From: a candidate division WOR-3 bacterium
GTDB taxonomy: Bacteria; Hydrothermota; Tepidihabitantia; Tepidihabitantales; Tepidihabitantaceae
NCBI GenBank assembly: GCA_965649205.1
Contig: CBFGJV010000017.1
Location: forward strand, 1-59,669
Direction of reading: 5' to 3'
Length of the DNA stretch: 59,669 bases
The notes under the pieces were generated by a model that was not told the origin of the DNA, made no database searches, and was given only the letters and a program-made list of their open reading frames with translations. Made by a program: the position numbers and the translations under genes. Shown here piece after piece: positions 39,311 through 48,934 of this stretch (its first letter is position 1; each line of letters opens with the position of its first letter).

Positions 39311-40472
39311 TCTTGTTATTGTCATTGTCATCCTACTACTTACTGCGTTTGGCTTAGCTGTAATCTACTCCACTGGCGGCTCCCACTTCTTTCTCCGCCA
39401 GCTGCTTTTCTTACCACCTGCTTTTGCCGGCTTCTTGGTTGCCTACCTCATTCCTCGCCGTGTTCTCCACAGCTTGGCCGAATCGGCCTATCTACTCTCT
39501 CTGCTTCTGCTGATTCTTGTTCTGCTAGTCGGAACCGGACCTGGCTCCCGTCGCTGGTTTCTCTTAGGACCGCTTGCTTTTCAACCTTCTGAGTTTGCTA
39601 AGCTAGCTACGGTACTTCTTCTTGCCAAGTTCTTGTCCGGCTCGCGTACCATGGAGCTGAACTTGAAAAGAATAATCCCGCCGATACTCATATGTTTACT
39701 CCCAGCTGTTCTCGTTCTGGCCGAACCAGACCTGAGTACAGCTCTAGTACTAGCTGCAGTCTTGGCAGTAATGCTCTATTGGAACGGCCTAAGCGCTCTG
39801 AATCTTTTACTGCTTTTTACGCCCTTCTTGTCCTTTGTTGCCGGTTTCTCTCTGTACATCTGGATACCTTTTTTCCTCGTTCTGGCAGTTATTGTGTTCA
39901 CGAAGGATACTTTGGGACGCGCCCTTCTGACTCTCGGCACCAGCATACTCTTTGGACTACTTTCACCTCTATCTCTACGCCTGCTTAAAGGTTATCAGGC
40001 CGACCGCATTAAGAACTTTCTTGCTCCCTGGCTTGACCCGCACGGTGTCGGATGGAACGCCATTCAATCTCGTATCGCTATAGGCTCAGGGCGACTCTTT
40101 GGCAAAGGTTATCTACGCGGCACTCAAAATCGACTGGGTTTTCTTCCCAACCGGCACACGGACTTCGTTTTTTCCTGCGTTGGTGAAGAGTTTGGATTTA
40201 TCGGAAGCGTCGTACTGCTGGCCGGGTTTGCCCTGTTCATTCATCGCTTTCTGGTCATAGGACACCGCGCTAGAGATCGATTTGATTCGCTTATCTGCGC
40301 CGGCTGTGCTGCAATACTACTCTATCAGGTATTCGTCAATGTAGGGATGCTTCTGGGACTTCTTCCCATCACCGGAGTTGCCCTCCCCTTCATAAGCTAC
40401 AGCGGCTCATCACTTCTCCTGAACTACATGATGGCAGGACTGGTAGCCAACGTTGCGGCAAAGCCCGAATGA
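39294..40472 (+). CDS. rodA: SEDS glycosyltransferase RodA
   Basis: FQPSEFAKL, EPDLSTA, QSRIAIGSG, HTDFVF, PITGVALPFISYSGSS; SD GGAG before ATG 39294. Confidence 0.93.
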   Translation: MKLRLDLVIVIVILLLTAFGLAVIYSTGGSHFFLRQLLFLPPAFAGFLVAYLIPRRVLHSLAESAYLLSLLLLILVLLVGTGPGSRRWFLLGPLAFQPSEFAKLATVLLLAKFLSGSRTMELNLKRIIPPILICLLPAVLVLAEPDLSTALVLAAVLAVMLYWNGLSALNLLLLFTPFLSFVAGFSLYIWIPFFLVLAVIVFTKDTLGRALLTLGTSILFGLLSPLSLRLLKGYQADRIKNFLAPWLDPHGVGWNAIQSRIAIGSGRLFGKGYLRGTQNRLGFLPNRHTDFVFSCVGEEFGFIGSVVLLAGFALFIHRFLVIGHRARDRFDSLICAGCAAILLYQVFVNVGMLLGLLPITGVALPFISYSGSSLLLNYMMAGLVANVAAKPE

Positions 40473-40517
40473 ATTTCTCATCTGTTGGTTTAACTGCTGC
40501 ACCATCTTCGTTAGGCC

Positions 40518-41588
40518 ATGATTGACCTTCGCACGCTAACCCTGACGCAACTGACTGAGCTATGCGCAGAAATAGGCTGGGAACCTTATCGAGCGAAGCA
40601 GATTTATGCCTGGATTTGGCAAAAAGGACTAACTGATCTAGGAAGAATGACCAATCTAAGCAAAGAAAAAAGAAATGAGCTGACGCGTCGCTACTATATC
40701 GGGCAGTTCGCTGAAGAGCGTTGTCTAGTCGATGGAGACGGAACCATGAAATTCACCTGGCGCCTCAGCGATGGAACGCTGGTAGAATCGGTATACATAC
40801 CAGAACCCGATCGCAAAACAGTCTGTGTCTCTACACAGGTAGGTTGCAGTCTTGGTTGCTCCTTCTGTTTAACTGGACGTAGAGGCTTCATACGCAACTT
40901 GGCTTGGCACGAAATTGCCGGCCAGGTACTTGAAGTGAAGCGAAGAATACAAAATATGGCAAACTTGCCCTGTCCGCAATCTAAAGCAAACGCTCTGATT
41001 CCACCTTCTATTGTTTCTAATGTAGTCTTCATGGGCATGGGCGAGCCGTTTCTGAACTACGAGGCTGTGCTGGAGGCTTTAGTTCAATTAAACCAAGACA
41101 TAGGACTTAACTTGGGTGCGCGAAAAATGACCGTGTCCACCGCAGGCATCCCCGATCGTATTCGAGACTACGGTCGCTTCGCCCTCAAAACTAAACTCGC
41201 TGTATCACTCAACGCCGCCGACAATGAAACCCGCAGTCAGCTGATGCCTATTAACCGACGCTACCCCCTGGAAGAACTTTTCTCCGCCGTGAAGGATTTT
41301 ATCCGCTTGAAAAACAAACGTGTAACCTTCGAATATGTTCTCATCGACGGAGTAAACAACCGCACCCGTGACGCAAAACAGCTCATAACACTACTACGCA
41401 ACCTGCCCTGTAAACTTAACCTTATACCCTTCAATCCTATACCGGATTGTGAATACCAACCTCCGTCAATGAACGACGTAGAAAAGTTTGCACATTCGCT
41501 GTATCCCCATCTGCCAGCCGTTACTATCCGCCGCAGTCGCGGCGCAGGCATTTCAGCTGCTTGCGGCCAACTGGCTGCTAATGCGTAG
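40518..41588 (+). CDS. rlmN: Radical SAM rRNA/tRNA methyltransferase RlmN
   Basis: CVSTQVGCSLGCSFC, VFMGMGEP, TFEYVLI.GVN, NLIPFNP, AACGQL. Confidence 0.95.
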   Translation: MIDLRTLTLTQLTELCAEIGWEPYRAKQIYAWIWQKGLTDLGRMTNLSKEKRNELTRRYYIGQFAEERCLVDGDGTMKFTWRLSDGTLVESVYIPEPDRKTVCVSTQVGCSLGCSFCLTGRRGFIRNLAWHEIAGQVLEVKRRIQNMANLPCPQSKANALIPPSIVSNVVFMGMGEPFLNYEAVLEALVQLNQDIGLNLGARKMTVSTAGIPDRIRDYGRFALKTKLAVSLNAADNETRSQLMPINRRYPLEELFSAVKDFIRLKNKRVTFEYVLIDGVNNRTRDAKQLITLLRNLPCKLNLIPFNPIPDCEYQPPSMNDVEKFAHSLYPHLPAVTIRRSRGAGISAACGQLAANA

Positions 41589-41609
41589 TCGGCAGGGTAC
41601 TTCGGTCGT

Positions 41610-42170
41610 CTAATGTAAACGCTCTAAATACCGCCCTGACTCTACTTCTATTCTTACCCGATCACCCACTTTGATAAATTGCGGCACCAGTACCTCCAAA
41701 CCATTGTCCAGTATCGCCGTTTTGGGTGCGGCATCCACGTCGCCGTGCAACGGCGCACCGGTAGAAGCAACAACAGCATCCGCTGTCTTTGGGAGTTGCA
41801 CATCAACAGGCTCGTCTCCGATGAATTCAACTATCAGACTGTCCCCCTCCTTCAAGAAACGAGTATATGCACCCAGCATCCGGGCCGGAATGCCTACTTG
41901 ATCGAAAGTAACTGGGTGAAGAAAAAAATAGGTATCCGCATCACGATAACTGTACTGCATAGCCACGCTGTCTACGTTCAAGTCTTCCACCTTCTCGTCT
42001 GGGTGCAGTCTTCGTTCTGTCTGGTTTCCCGTATGTATGTTTTTCAGTCGAACATGGACAGAGCTAGGCAGTTTGGCTGTACCAGCCTTAAACTCAGAAG
42101 ACATCACTTTAAAAACCTCGTTGCCCAACTTGATAACCGTTCCGGCATGGAGTTCAGAGGCTCTTACCAT
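41610..42170 (-). CDS. efp: Elongation factor P family protein with a non-canonical tip loop
   Basis: Three-domain EF-P pattern and C-terminal GLEVLVPQFIKVGDRVRIEVESGRYLER; SD GGAGG; promoter TTGACG-N17-TAGCAT at 42217-42189. Confidence 0.85.
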   Translation of the reverse strand: MVRASELHAGTVIKLGNEVFKVMSSEFKAGTAKLPSSVHVRLKNIHTGNQTERRLHPDEKVEDLNVDSVAMQYSYRDADTYFFLHPVTFDQVGIPARMLGAYTRFLKEGDSLIVEFIGDEPVDVQLPKTADAVVASTGAPLHGDVDAAPKTAILDNGLEVLVPQFIKVGDRVRIEVESGRYLERLH

Positions 42171-42324
42171 TCCATTCCTCCTCTGAAAATGCTAACCCAG
42201 TCAATCTTCTTCGTCAATACCTCCTTATTCCTTGGCCAAGGGAGCGAATAGTAGTTACGCCGGCATGCCGTATGAATAAAGAGCAACGTACTTTTATCTG
42301 CACCTTCAAGAAAAGTCGAAAGAA

Positions 42325-43155
42325 CTAAAGCGGCCGCCGATTTTCAAACCGCGTAGGCGTTATGCCAAGTTCTAAAAGAGACCGTATAGTTTTGTCTATA
42401 CCCGAACCAAGATCCCCCGGCCTATGTGCATCAGAACCAACCGTGAATACGGAAATACCTGCTTCTCTGGCTTGCCGTAGCACAGAAAAAGCCGGATATG
42501 GTTCAGCATCTCCCCGACGTAACGCCGAGGTATTCACCTCTAGACCAACACCAGCATTAACCAGATATTTGAGTACAGACTCCATTTCTCTCTCTGCACA
42601 CTCAACAAACTCTGGGCCGTACATGGATTGTATGTACTTGCGGTATATGTCCAGATGCGCCAGGCAATCAAATAATCCTGACCCGGCCGCAGCTCGAACG
42701 TATTCGAAATAACGACGTACAACAAACTCAGCTGGTTTGTGCCCGAACACCGCACGAAACTCGTCCACTTCGGCTCCCGAAGTCAAGGCTATGTGGTCAA
42801 TCAGATGCACGGCGCCCAACACAAAGTCAAAAGGATAGTGGGCAAGAAAGTCTTTCACTATCCCTTCTACGCCCATTTCATATCCCACTTCTACGCCCGC
42901 CCTTACTATCAATCCGGGGAACCTTTTTCTCATTCTTTCTATTTCCGCAAAGTACGCGACCGGCCAGTTCGAATCGGTTGTCATTCGCAGGCCGCCTACT
43001 TGTACGAATTCTCGATCACGTCTTGCGGGATCACATTCGTGATGGGTTGTAAAACATATCTCCTTCAGACCCAATTCTAAGGCTCGCACACAGTACTCCT
43101 CCATGCTGCCTTCCGCGTCTTGAGAAAAATTCGGATGAATGTGGTAGTCAATCAT
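42325..43155 (-). CDS. PHP-domain phosphatase, histidinol-phosphatase HisJ/HisK family
   Basis: DYHIH, FTTH, GVEVG, LGAVH, LAHLD, LEVNTS, GSDAH. Confidence 0.85.
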   Translation of the reverse strand: MIDYHIHPNFSQDAEGSMEEYCVRALELGLKEICFTTHHECDPARRDREFVQVGGLRMTTDSNWPVAYFAEIERMRKRFPGLIVRAGVEVGYEMGVEGIVKDFLAHYPFDFVLGAVHLIDHIALTSGAEVDEFRAVFGHKPAEFVVRRYFEYVRAAAGSGLFDCLAHLDIYRKYIQSMYGPEFVECAEREMESVLKYLVNAGVGLEVNTSALRRGDAEPYPAFSVLRQAREAGISVFTVGSDAHRPGDLGSGIDKTIRSLLELGITPTRFENRRPL

Positions 43156-44903
43156 GAGCTCATCCCCACTTCCGCCTGCATTCCAAACTCAAATTCGAGG
43201 TTACTTTTGTAAGTACAACCGATCTTGAATCCCAGACCGGTACTTTTGGTAAATCTGAATCCTCCACCTAGCCCAGCACGCCAAGCAGAACTGGAAGTAC
43301 TGAAGGTCGAACCACTGCGCAGTGGACCATATTCACTCATAAACATTCTGATACCCATCCCTGAAATGTCAAAACGAGCTGCAGTGAAGTTGAGCCAAAA
43401 ACCATTTTGTTCTGTTCTTGCCATCATACCAAACATGTTACCCCGTCCCAAACTTCTGTCCGGGTAAGCATCAGCAAACATCAGCCTTACTTCGCCTTGA
43501 CGAAACGGAGCAAAAACAGCGATAAATCTAGCGGTGCGAAGCCGTTCCTGCTCCAGCCGGTAACTGCGTCCCAGACGTAGCTCGGCTGAAAAGCCAATGG
43601 ACTTGACCGCGAAGCAGGCCTCCAGTCGGGCGGGAAGCGAATCAAGCTCGTAGTCCCGATAAGTGTTGCCTCGCACACTTAAGCTAAATCTCCCCGCTCT
43701 GTAACCGAGGCGCCCATTACTGGTCAATCTACTCCTTCGGTCAGTTAGTGTCCGCCAGCAACTGAGAGGAGCAAAATACCTGCGATCATAACCAGCCGCC
43801 TTCCATTCTACGCTCCAGTTCCTCCATATCCCAGAAACATCCACAGCTCCTGCTCCTCCCCCGCCGCTGGAGAACCCAGCTTCTCCTCCCAGCAAGTATG
43901 CGCCAGTTTTTGCCGTGAAGTGCACTCCAACGCTCCCCAGTGTCGTTCCAAAAAACGAATTCGTGGAATCTATGGCTGCGAAAGAACGACTATACTTCAC
44001 TCCGTATGCAGCTGTTCCAAAGCGCAAGTTCCGCCATGCTCTGGCCAAGTCTAATCCCACCGATGCTTCCTGCACGGAATTACGACTCGCTATCGCAGCA
44101 GAATCATCATGCAATCCAGAAAAAATCAACTTCCTTACCGTACCATCTGGATTCAATCTGGCATCTCGTCCGACCACGGAAATAAATGCCAGGCCCCTCC
44201 AATTACCACCAGAAAAATCGGCACCCACTCCCCTTAAATTCCTGCTCTCGAGTGAAACCCCGACCAATCTCAAACCAGATGGCCCTACAGCCTCCCCTGT
44301 CCAGCCAGCCGCAGCCCGACGATAAGGTCCTGATAAAACCAAACCTAGTCCAGATCCAACGCTGAAATCGCCTATTATCGCTTTCCAGCCTGAGGCTGCA
44401 TACTGCAGACCCGTACCAAACCAATCTGACCAATTAGTCTCTCCTCGATCCTTCTCCAACACCACCGAAGCAAGCCAGGAACCCTGCTCCAGCCGCGCTC
44501 GGACGAACGACCGCACCCTGCGCGCACAAACGGGTGAGGTATCTACATCCACAACTGTACGCAACATTATGTCTCCACTCCATACAGAATCTTTTTGATT
44601 TAGTATAACCACCGGCAAAAGCGAACGATAAACCTCCTCCGTCACTCCGGGAACCGATCGCAAAGCTGACAAGGAATTGAACCCGCCCACTGAATCTCGA
44701 AACGATATGATGCGGTAAGCAAGCAAAGGACAAAGCCAGGGAATCGCAAGCAAATCCTCTGCGCGAACCCTATTCAGATCCAGAGGATGCCGCAACAGCG
44801 ATTCCACCTCTTCCTTTACTGCCAAGTCATCTTTATCCGGTATCGAATTGTAGTCAGGTTCGCTGAGAACGGAACCCAACAGGAAAAGCAATATTAGTGC
44901 CAT
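43152..44903 (-). CDS. ComEA-like helix-hairpin-helix domain fused to a predicted outer-membrane beta-barrel
   Basis: Signal-like N-terminus, PLDLNRVRAEDLLAIPWL...GGFNSLSALRSVPGV, then EKDRGE, IIGDF.VG.GLGLV and amphipathic beta-strands. Confidence 0.7.
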   Translation of the reverse strand: MALILLFLLGSVLSEPDYNSIPDKDDLAVKEEVESLLRHPLDLNRVRAEDLLAIPWLCPLLAYRIISFRDSVGGFNSLSALRSVPGVTEEVYRSLLPVVILNQKDSVWSGDIMLRTVVDVDTSPVCARRVRSFVRARLEQGSWLASVVLEKDRGETNWSDWFGTGLQYAASGWKAIIGDFSVGSGLGLVLSGPYRRAAAGWTGEAVGPSGLRLVGVSLESRNLRGVGADFSGGNWRGLAFISVVGRDARLNPDGTVRKLIFSGLHDDSAAIASRNSVQEASVGLDLARAWRNLRFGTAAYGVKYSRSFAAIDSTNSFFGTTLGSVGVHFTAKTGAYLLGGEAGFSSGGGGAGAVDVSGIWRNWSVEWKAAGYDRRYFAPLSCWRTLTDRRSRLTSNGRLGYRAGRFSLSVRGNTYRDYELDSLPARLEACFAVKSIGFSAELRLGRSYRLEQERLRTARFIAVFAPFRQGEVRLMFADAYPDRSLGRGNMFGMMARTEQNGFWLNFTAARFDISGMGIRMFMSEYGPLRSGSTFSTSSSAWRAGLGGGFRFTKSTGLGFKIGCTYKSNLEFEFGMQAEVGMSS

Positions 44904-45598
44904 GCTGCTGTCAACCCCAAGAAATGCGTCTCCTGGAGTCTAGTGTGATACCGATAGGAATAGTCCACAGAAATTACTCCAGTCCGAAGTCCTATCCCGG
45001 CCCCATAAAACAAAGGTTTGTACCCAATTCCCACCCGCAGGTCTAGGGGCGGAGCAATATTCAATTCCATCCCGAATGCCATTTGCTCGTCAGAATTGCT
45101 CTTGGAAACGTCAAATGCAAGCAACAAGTGTATCGCTGGCCTAAAAGAAAAAGATAGATTGGGTCGCAAAGAAACTACATCTCCATTTGCAAATCTTGGT
45201 TCGTTTACGCCCAAAGCAGAGGCTGCTATTGCATATACACCACGTCGCCAGCTGGCTCCTAGATCAAAAGACACTACTGCATCCATAGTACTACCGAAGG
45301 TCTCTGCCGTCAGAAAACGACCTGCCGTGCCAACAGCAAGAGAATCCACAGGACTGTACCCGACCACAACACTAGTAGCTATTTCTTGATAGCGCGCTAA
45401 GGACGTTCGGCTTCCGTAGGCAGCCACCGCCCAGCGCCCTTGCTTGCCAGATACCGCCAATTGCAGCTGGTCTACGCCAGAAAGTCCGAAGGGACGGCAA
45501 TACTCTACAAACATTCCTACTCGCCCATTGTAAGTAACAAACGCGGGATTATGACAAAATGCGTTGCGCCAGTCATCAACAGCACCACCAGCTATCAT
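44894..45598 (-). CDS. Predicted outer-membrane beta-barrel, PorV/PorQ-like
   Basis: NPA near the N-terminus, SFDLG, LDLRVG, C-terminal VDYSYRYHTRLQETHFLGL. True N-terminus probably lies further upstream (see findings). Confidence 0.6.
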   Translation of the reverse strand: MIAGGAVDDWRNAFCHNPAFVTYNGRVGMFVEYCRPFGLSGVDQLQLAVSGKQGRWAVAAYGSRTSLARYQEIATSVVVGYSPVDSLAVGTAGRFLTAETFGSTMDAVVSFDLGASWRRGVYAIAASALGVNEPRFANGDVVSLRPNLSFSFRPAIHLLLAFDVSKSNSDEQMAFGMELNIAPPLDLRVGIGYKPLFYGAGIGLRTGVISVDYSYRYHTRLQETHFLGLTAAWH

Positions 45599-45694
45599 CG
45601 CTGCAGAACGGCTGACAGCCGGAACAAACTCAAAAGCTGCCGCAACGAAAAACCAGACGAGTATGAATACCCCCGGCGCCTACCTCGGTAAAAA

Positions 45695-46045
45695 TTACTT
45701 CACATAGTAAAGGAATCGACCACAATTAGGACAGGTAACCAGCTCTGTGCGACAACGTACCGCTAGCTCAGACGGCAGCTTTACGTAACATCCGCCACAA
45801 AACTCCTTGATAACTTGAACTACCACGCGACCCCCGTATCGTTTCATTATTCTTTCGTACTGAGCAAGCAATTTTGGGTCTATTTTACGCGTCAATTTCG
45901 CCCGTTCTTTCTCCGCCGTTCTGATAAATTCATCCGAAGGTTGAATATCCTTGAAACCCACCGCTTGGTAGCTTTCGCTCTCGATGTCCCGCAAAATGTG
46001 GTCAAACTCCTCCAATGAACGTAACGTCTCAATTCGATCGTTCAC
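45695..46045 (-). CDS. C4-type zinc-ribbon protein (DUF164-like, short form)
   Basis: LLAQYERI...CGGCYVKLP...CPNCGRFLY. Confidence 0.85.
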   Translation of the reverse strand: MNDRIETLRSLEEFDHILRDIESESYQAVGFKDIQPSDEFIRTAEKERAKLTRKIDPKLLAQYERIMKRYGGRVVVQVIKEFCGGCYVKLPSELAVRCRTELVTCPNCGRFLYYVK

Positions 46046-46500
46046 CTTATGTTCTCCTCTAGCGAACGAATCAACTCAATAAACTCTTCAGGTGTTTGCG
46101 GGTCGAACAACCTCTTTTTCTTTGCAAGTTCCTGGCATATCATCGCCACCCGTCCCAACGTAATGAGATACTGATTCCCTCTATCCTGCGGCGGCGCGAT
46201 TACCAGGAAAAAAAGATGGGCTGGCTTCTTGTCAATGGAGTCGAAATCAACCCCCTTGGTCGAACGTCCTACCGCTATCTCTAATTTGTCAATCAAAAGT
46301 GAGCGGCCATGAGGAATGGCTATTCCCTTGCCGATACCGGTTGAACCGAGCTCCTCTCGTTTAAGCAGAGTCTGCAGAAGCGACTCTGCTTCATCATCCT
46401 GTTTGACCATTGCCACCAGCTCACGGAGTACGTCAACCTTTTTTTTGCCTTTCAAGTCAAGATTTATTCTTTCCGGCCTGAGCAAAGACGTCAAATTCAA
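46042..46500 (-). CDS. PTS EIIA domain protein (Fru/Ntr family)
   Basis: REELGSTGIGKGIAIPHGR phospho-His motif, GVDFDSID; TTG start with SD GGAGG. Confidence 0.9.
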   Translation of the reverse strand: MNLTSLLRPERINLDLKGKKKVDVLRELVAMVKQDDEAESLLQTLLKREELGSTGIGKGIAIPHGRSLLIDKLEIAVGRSTKGVDFDSIDKKPAHLFFLVIAPPQDRGNQYLITLGRVAMICQELAKKKRLFDPQTPEEFIELIRSLEENIR

Positions 46501-46536
46501 ACTACACCTCCTGTTGGATACCCGCGAACGTATCTT

Positions 46537-46893
46537 TCATCCCTGCCCATCATCTGCGATACGTAGCTTTGGCACATCTCCCCACAGTCTTTCCAGACCG
46601 TAGAATGACCGCACATCGTCCAAGAAAATATGCACCACGACATCCACGTAGTCAAGCAAAACCCAGCGGGCGTTCTCCATACCCTCGATATGATGCGGCC
46701 GTTCTCCCTCCTTGCGTAAAATTTCCTCAACCTCCCTCGCCAAGGCCTGAGCGTGCATTACCGAACTGGCAGTAACAACAACAAAAAAGTCCGCTATCGG
46801 GGAATATCCCCGCAAGTCCATGACCACTACATTCTCACCGAGCTTATCCCGCACAATATGGGCACAACGACGAGCCAGCCTGTCGGCTTCCAT
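46537..46893 (-). CDS. rsfS: Ribosome silencing factor
   Basis: DFFVVVTA, WVLLDYVDVVVHIF, RSFYGLERLWGD. Confidence 0.95.
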   Translation of the reverse strand: MEADRLARRCAHIVRDKLGENVVVMDLRGYSPIADFFVVVTASSVMHAQALAREVEEILRKEGERPHHIEGMENARWVLLDYVDVVVHIFLDDVRSFYGLERLWGDVPKLRIADDGQG

Positions 46894-46896
46894 AGT

Positions 46897-47349
46897 CTAC
46901 CGAAACATCACCAGCTTGGGAAAAAACTTGCGAAAATCTTGCCCAGCGACTACTTGAACCTCCAGGAAACGAGTCGAATCAATTCGTACAGTAGTTTCCG
47001 GCCACAATCTCTCTTGCAGCGGCAGAAAAAGAAACCGCTTCCGCACTGACAAGGCCCTTGCCACTTTATGTGCATAGCCTCCGTTGGGATCAAGAAGGTC
47101 AACGATAACTGTATGCCTGATTGACTCGGCCGCATTGCTAACCCCATACACACAGAATCCCCTGGCTTCCAGTTCATCGGCAACCGCCCTTCCTAACCTG
47201 GGAAATGCACACCCGTTAATAACTTCAAGCCTGATAGCTGCAGGATCGAATTCGAATGGCTCTTCTCTACTTAAAATCCTCCATGCTACCGAGACTCCAG
47301 TTGCCGCCAGCAAGAAAAACAAAACTAATCCTAAGAACACCTTTTTCAT
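46897..47349 (-). CDS. LytR C-terminal domain protein
   Basis: N-terminal TM, LEVINGC...GLG..VADEL.ARGF, VQVVAGQDF. Confidence 0.8.
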   Translation of the reverse strand: MKKVFLGLVLFFLLAATGVSVAWRILSREEPFEFDPAAIRLEVINGCAFPRLGRAVADELEARGFCVYGVSNAAESIRHTVIVDLLDPNGGYAHKVARALSVRKRFLFLPLQERLWPETTVRIDSTRFLEVQVVAGQDFRKFFPKLVMFR

Positions 47350-48098
47350 AAGTGTCTTGATTCTCTTCTTAGCAGCTCCTGTTCTATCAAAAACAAGTCT
47401 TCGGGAGTATTGGCCCCCAACATTTCTGCCGGATCTTCCGCGAGGACCGCAACCACTTTTCCGCCCGCATTTCGTATCTCCCTAACCATATCCGTGAGAT
47501 AGTATTCGCCTGATACCGCACTCGGTTTTATCCGTTCAATTGCTCCTCGCACCCGACCCCAACAAAAAGAATACAGACCGGAATTGACTTCCTTAATTCT
47601 CAGCTCTTCGGTCGTAGCCTCTCTCCTCTCGACAATACGCTCTATTTCGTCTCCTTGGCCCCGTATCACCCGCCCATAATCTTTGGGGTCCTCCAATTCC
47701 GCTGTGAACACCGCCACGTCCGCGTCACGTGACCTGCGTGTCTGGACCAGTCGTCGGATCGTCGCGGCCGATATAAGTGGTGCGTCACCATACAGGACTA
47801 CACACTCCTCCTCGTTCACAAGCAAATCGCTACAGGAAAGCAATGCATCCGCGGTACCCCTTGGTTCCTTCTGAACTACATATTCTAACTGAACCGGAAC
47901 ATTCTCTGCTTCTAGCGTTTCACGGATGAGGTTTCGGCTTTCCTGGTTTACAACTACAATAATCCTTTCCACACCTGCGTCATACGCCGCCCTAACTACC
48001 CGACATAGAAGTACTTTCCCCCGTACGCACAATAACACTTTAGGGATATCCCTTCCCATCCGTTTACTCCTCCCGGCAGCCAGTATGATTGCGGTCAA
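47346..48098 (-). CDS. Nucleotidyltransferase matching the GlmU N-terminal (uridyltransferase) domain only
   Basis: IILAAGRSKRM...PKVL, VVQKEPRGTADA, LYGDAPLI, YGRVIR, IVE, EVNSGLY, GEYYLTD, GAN. Ends before any LbH domain. Confidence 0.88.
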   Translation of the reverse strand: MTAIILAAGRSKRMGRDIPKVLLCVRGKVLLCRVVRAAYDAGVERIIVVVNQESRNLIRETLEAENVPVQLEYVVQKEPRGTADALLSCSDLLVNEEECVVLYGDAPLISAATIRRLVQTRRSRDADVAVFTAELEDPKDYGRVIRGQGDEIERIVERREATTEELRIKEVNSGLYSFCWGRVRGAIERIKPSAVSGEYYLTDMVREIRNAGGKVVAVLAEDPAEMLGANTPEDLFLIEQELLRRESRHL

Positions 48099-48451
48099 CG
48101 TATCAATCTGTTGTCCTTACCAACAACGACCTTCCTAAGGCGGTACGTCGTCACCTCCGCTTCGTCAAGAATAATATTCGACATTACTATCAACTCATCT
48201 CCGACTTCTCCCATACGAGCAGCACCACCATTCAACACACAGGCTCCAGAACCAGCGCGAGCTCTAATAGCATAGGTTTCGAAGCGATTGCCATTGGTTA
48301 TGTTCACCACCTGTACCACCTCACCAGGCAAGATATCAGCCGCGTCCAACAACTCTCCATCTATAGACAAGCTGCCTTCGTATCGAAGGTTCTTGTCCGT
48401 AACAACCAGACGTTGTATCTTGGATTTGACCAGAATCCGGAAACGCGCCAC
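48095..48451 (-). CDS. panD: Aspartate 1-decarboxylase
   Basis: KSKI, YEGSLSID (G/S autocleavage site), NGNRFETYAI, LNGGAAR. Confidence 0.95.
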   Translation of the reverse strand: MARFRILVKSKIQRLVVTDKNLRYEGSLSIDGELLDAADILPGEVVQVVNITNGNRFETYAIRARAGSGACVLNGGAARMGEVGDELIVMSNIILDEAEVTTYRLRKVVVGKDNRLIR

Positions 48452-48457
48452 CGCGCT

Positions 48458-48934
48458 CTAGGATTCTTTGGACTCGGACTTTCCCTTGGCGCGGGACGCC
48501 GAAACTGCCTTCTTCTCTTTCCGGCGCCCAGACCCTGCCTTTTTGGCTTCTGCCCGAGCCCGCTTTTCCTTGTGACTTTCTTCTCTAATCACCAGCTCAA
48601 GTATGGCCATCTCAGCCGCGTCGCCCACCCTGCGACCAAGCCGATAAACACGGGTATACCCTCCTCTATGGTCAGAAAACCTGGGAGCTATTACGTCAAA
48701 TACTTTCTTAAGCAACTTCTTATCCGCTATATAACGAGCCACTTCACGCCTAGCTGCCAATGTGCCCTTTCCAGCGAAAGCAAGCAAACGTTCGGCGAGA
48801 CGCTGCGCAAGCTTTGCTTTAGCCAGAGTCGTTTCTATCCTTTCGTACGTAAACAACTGAGACACCAAGTTGCGCAACATAGCCTTGCGGTGCGACTTAG
48901 TTCTGCCCAGTTTCTTGGTGAAACCGTGCCTCAC
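48458..48934 (-). CDS. rplQ: 50S ribosomal protein L17
   Basis: MRHG...KLGRTKSHRKAMLRNL, IETTLAKAK, GGYTRV, GDAAEMA. Confidence 0.97.
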   Translation of the reverse strand: MRHGFTKKLGRTKSHRKAMLRNLVSQLFTYERIETTLAKAKLAQRLAERLLAFAGKGTLAARREVARYIADKKLLKKVFDVIAPRFSDHRGGYTRVYRLGRRVGDAAEMAILELVIREESHKEKRARAEAKKAGSGRRKEKKAVSASRAKGKSESKES

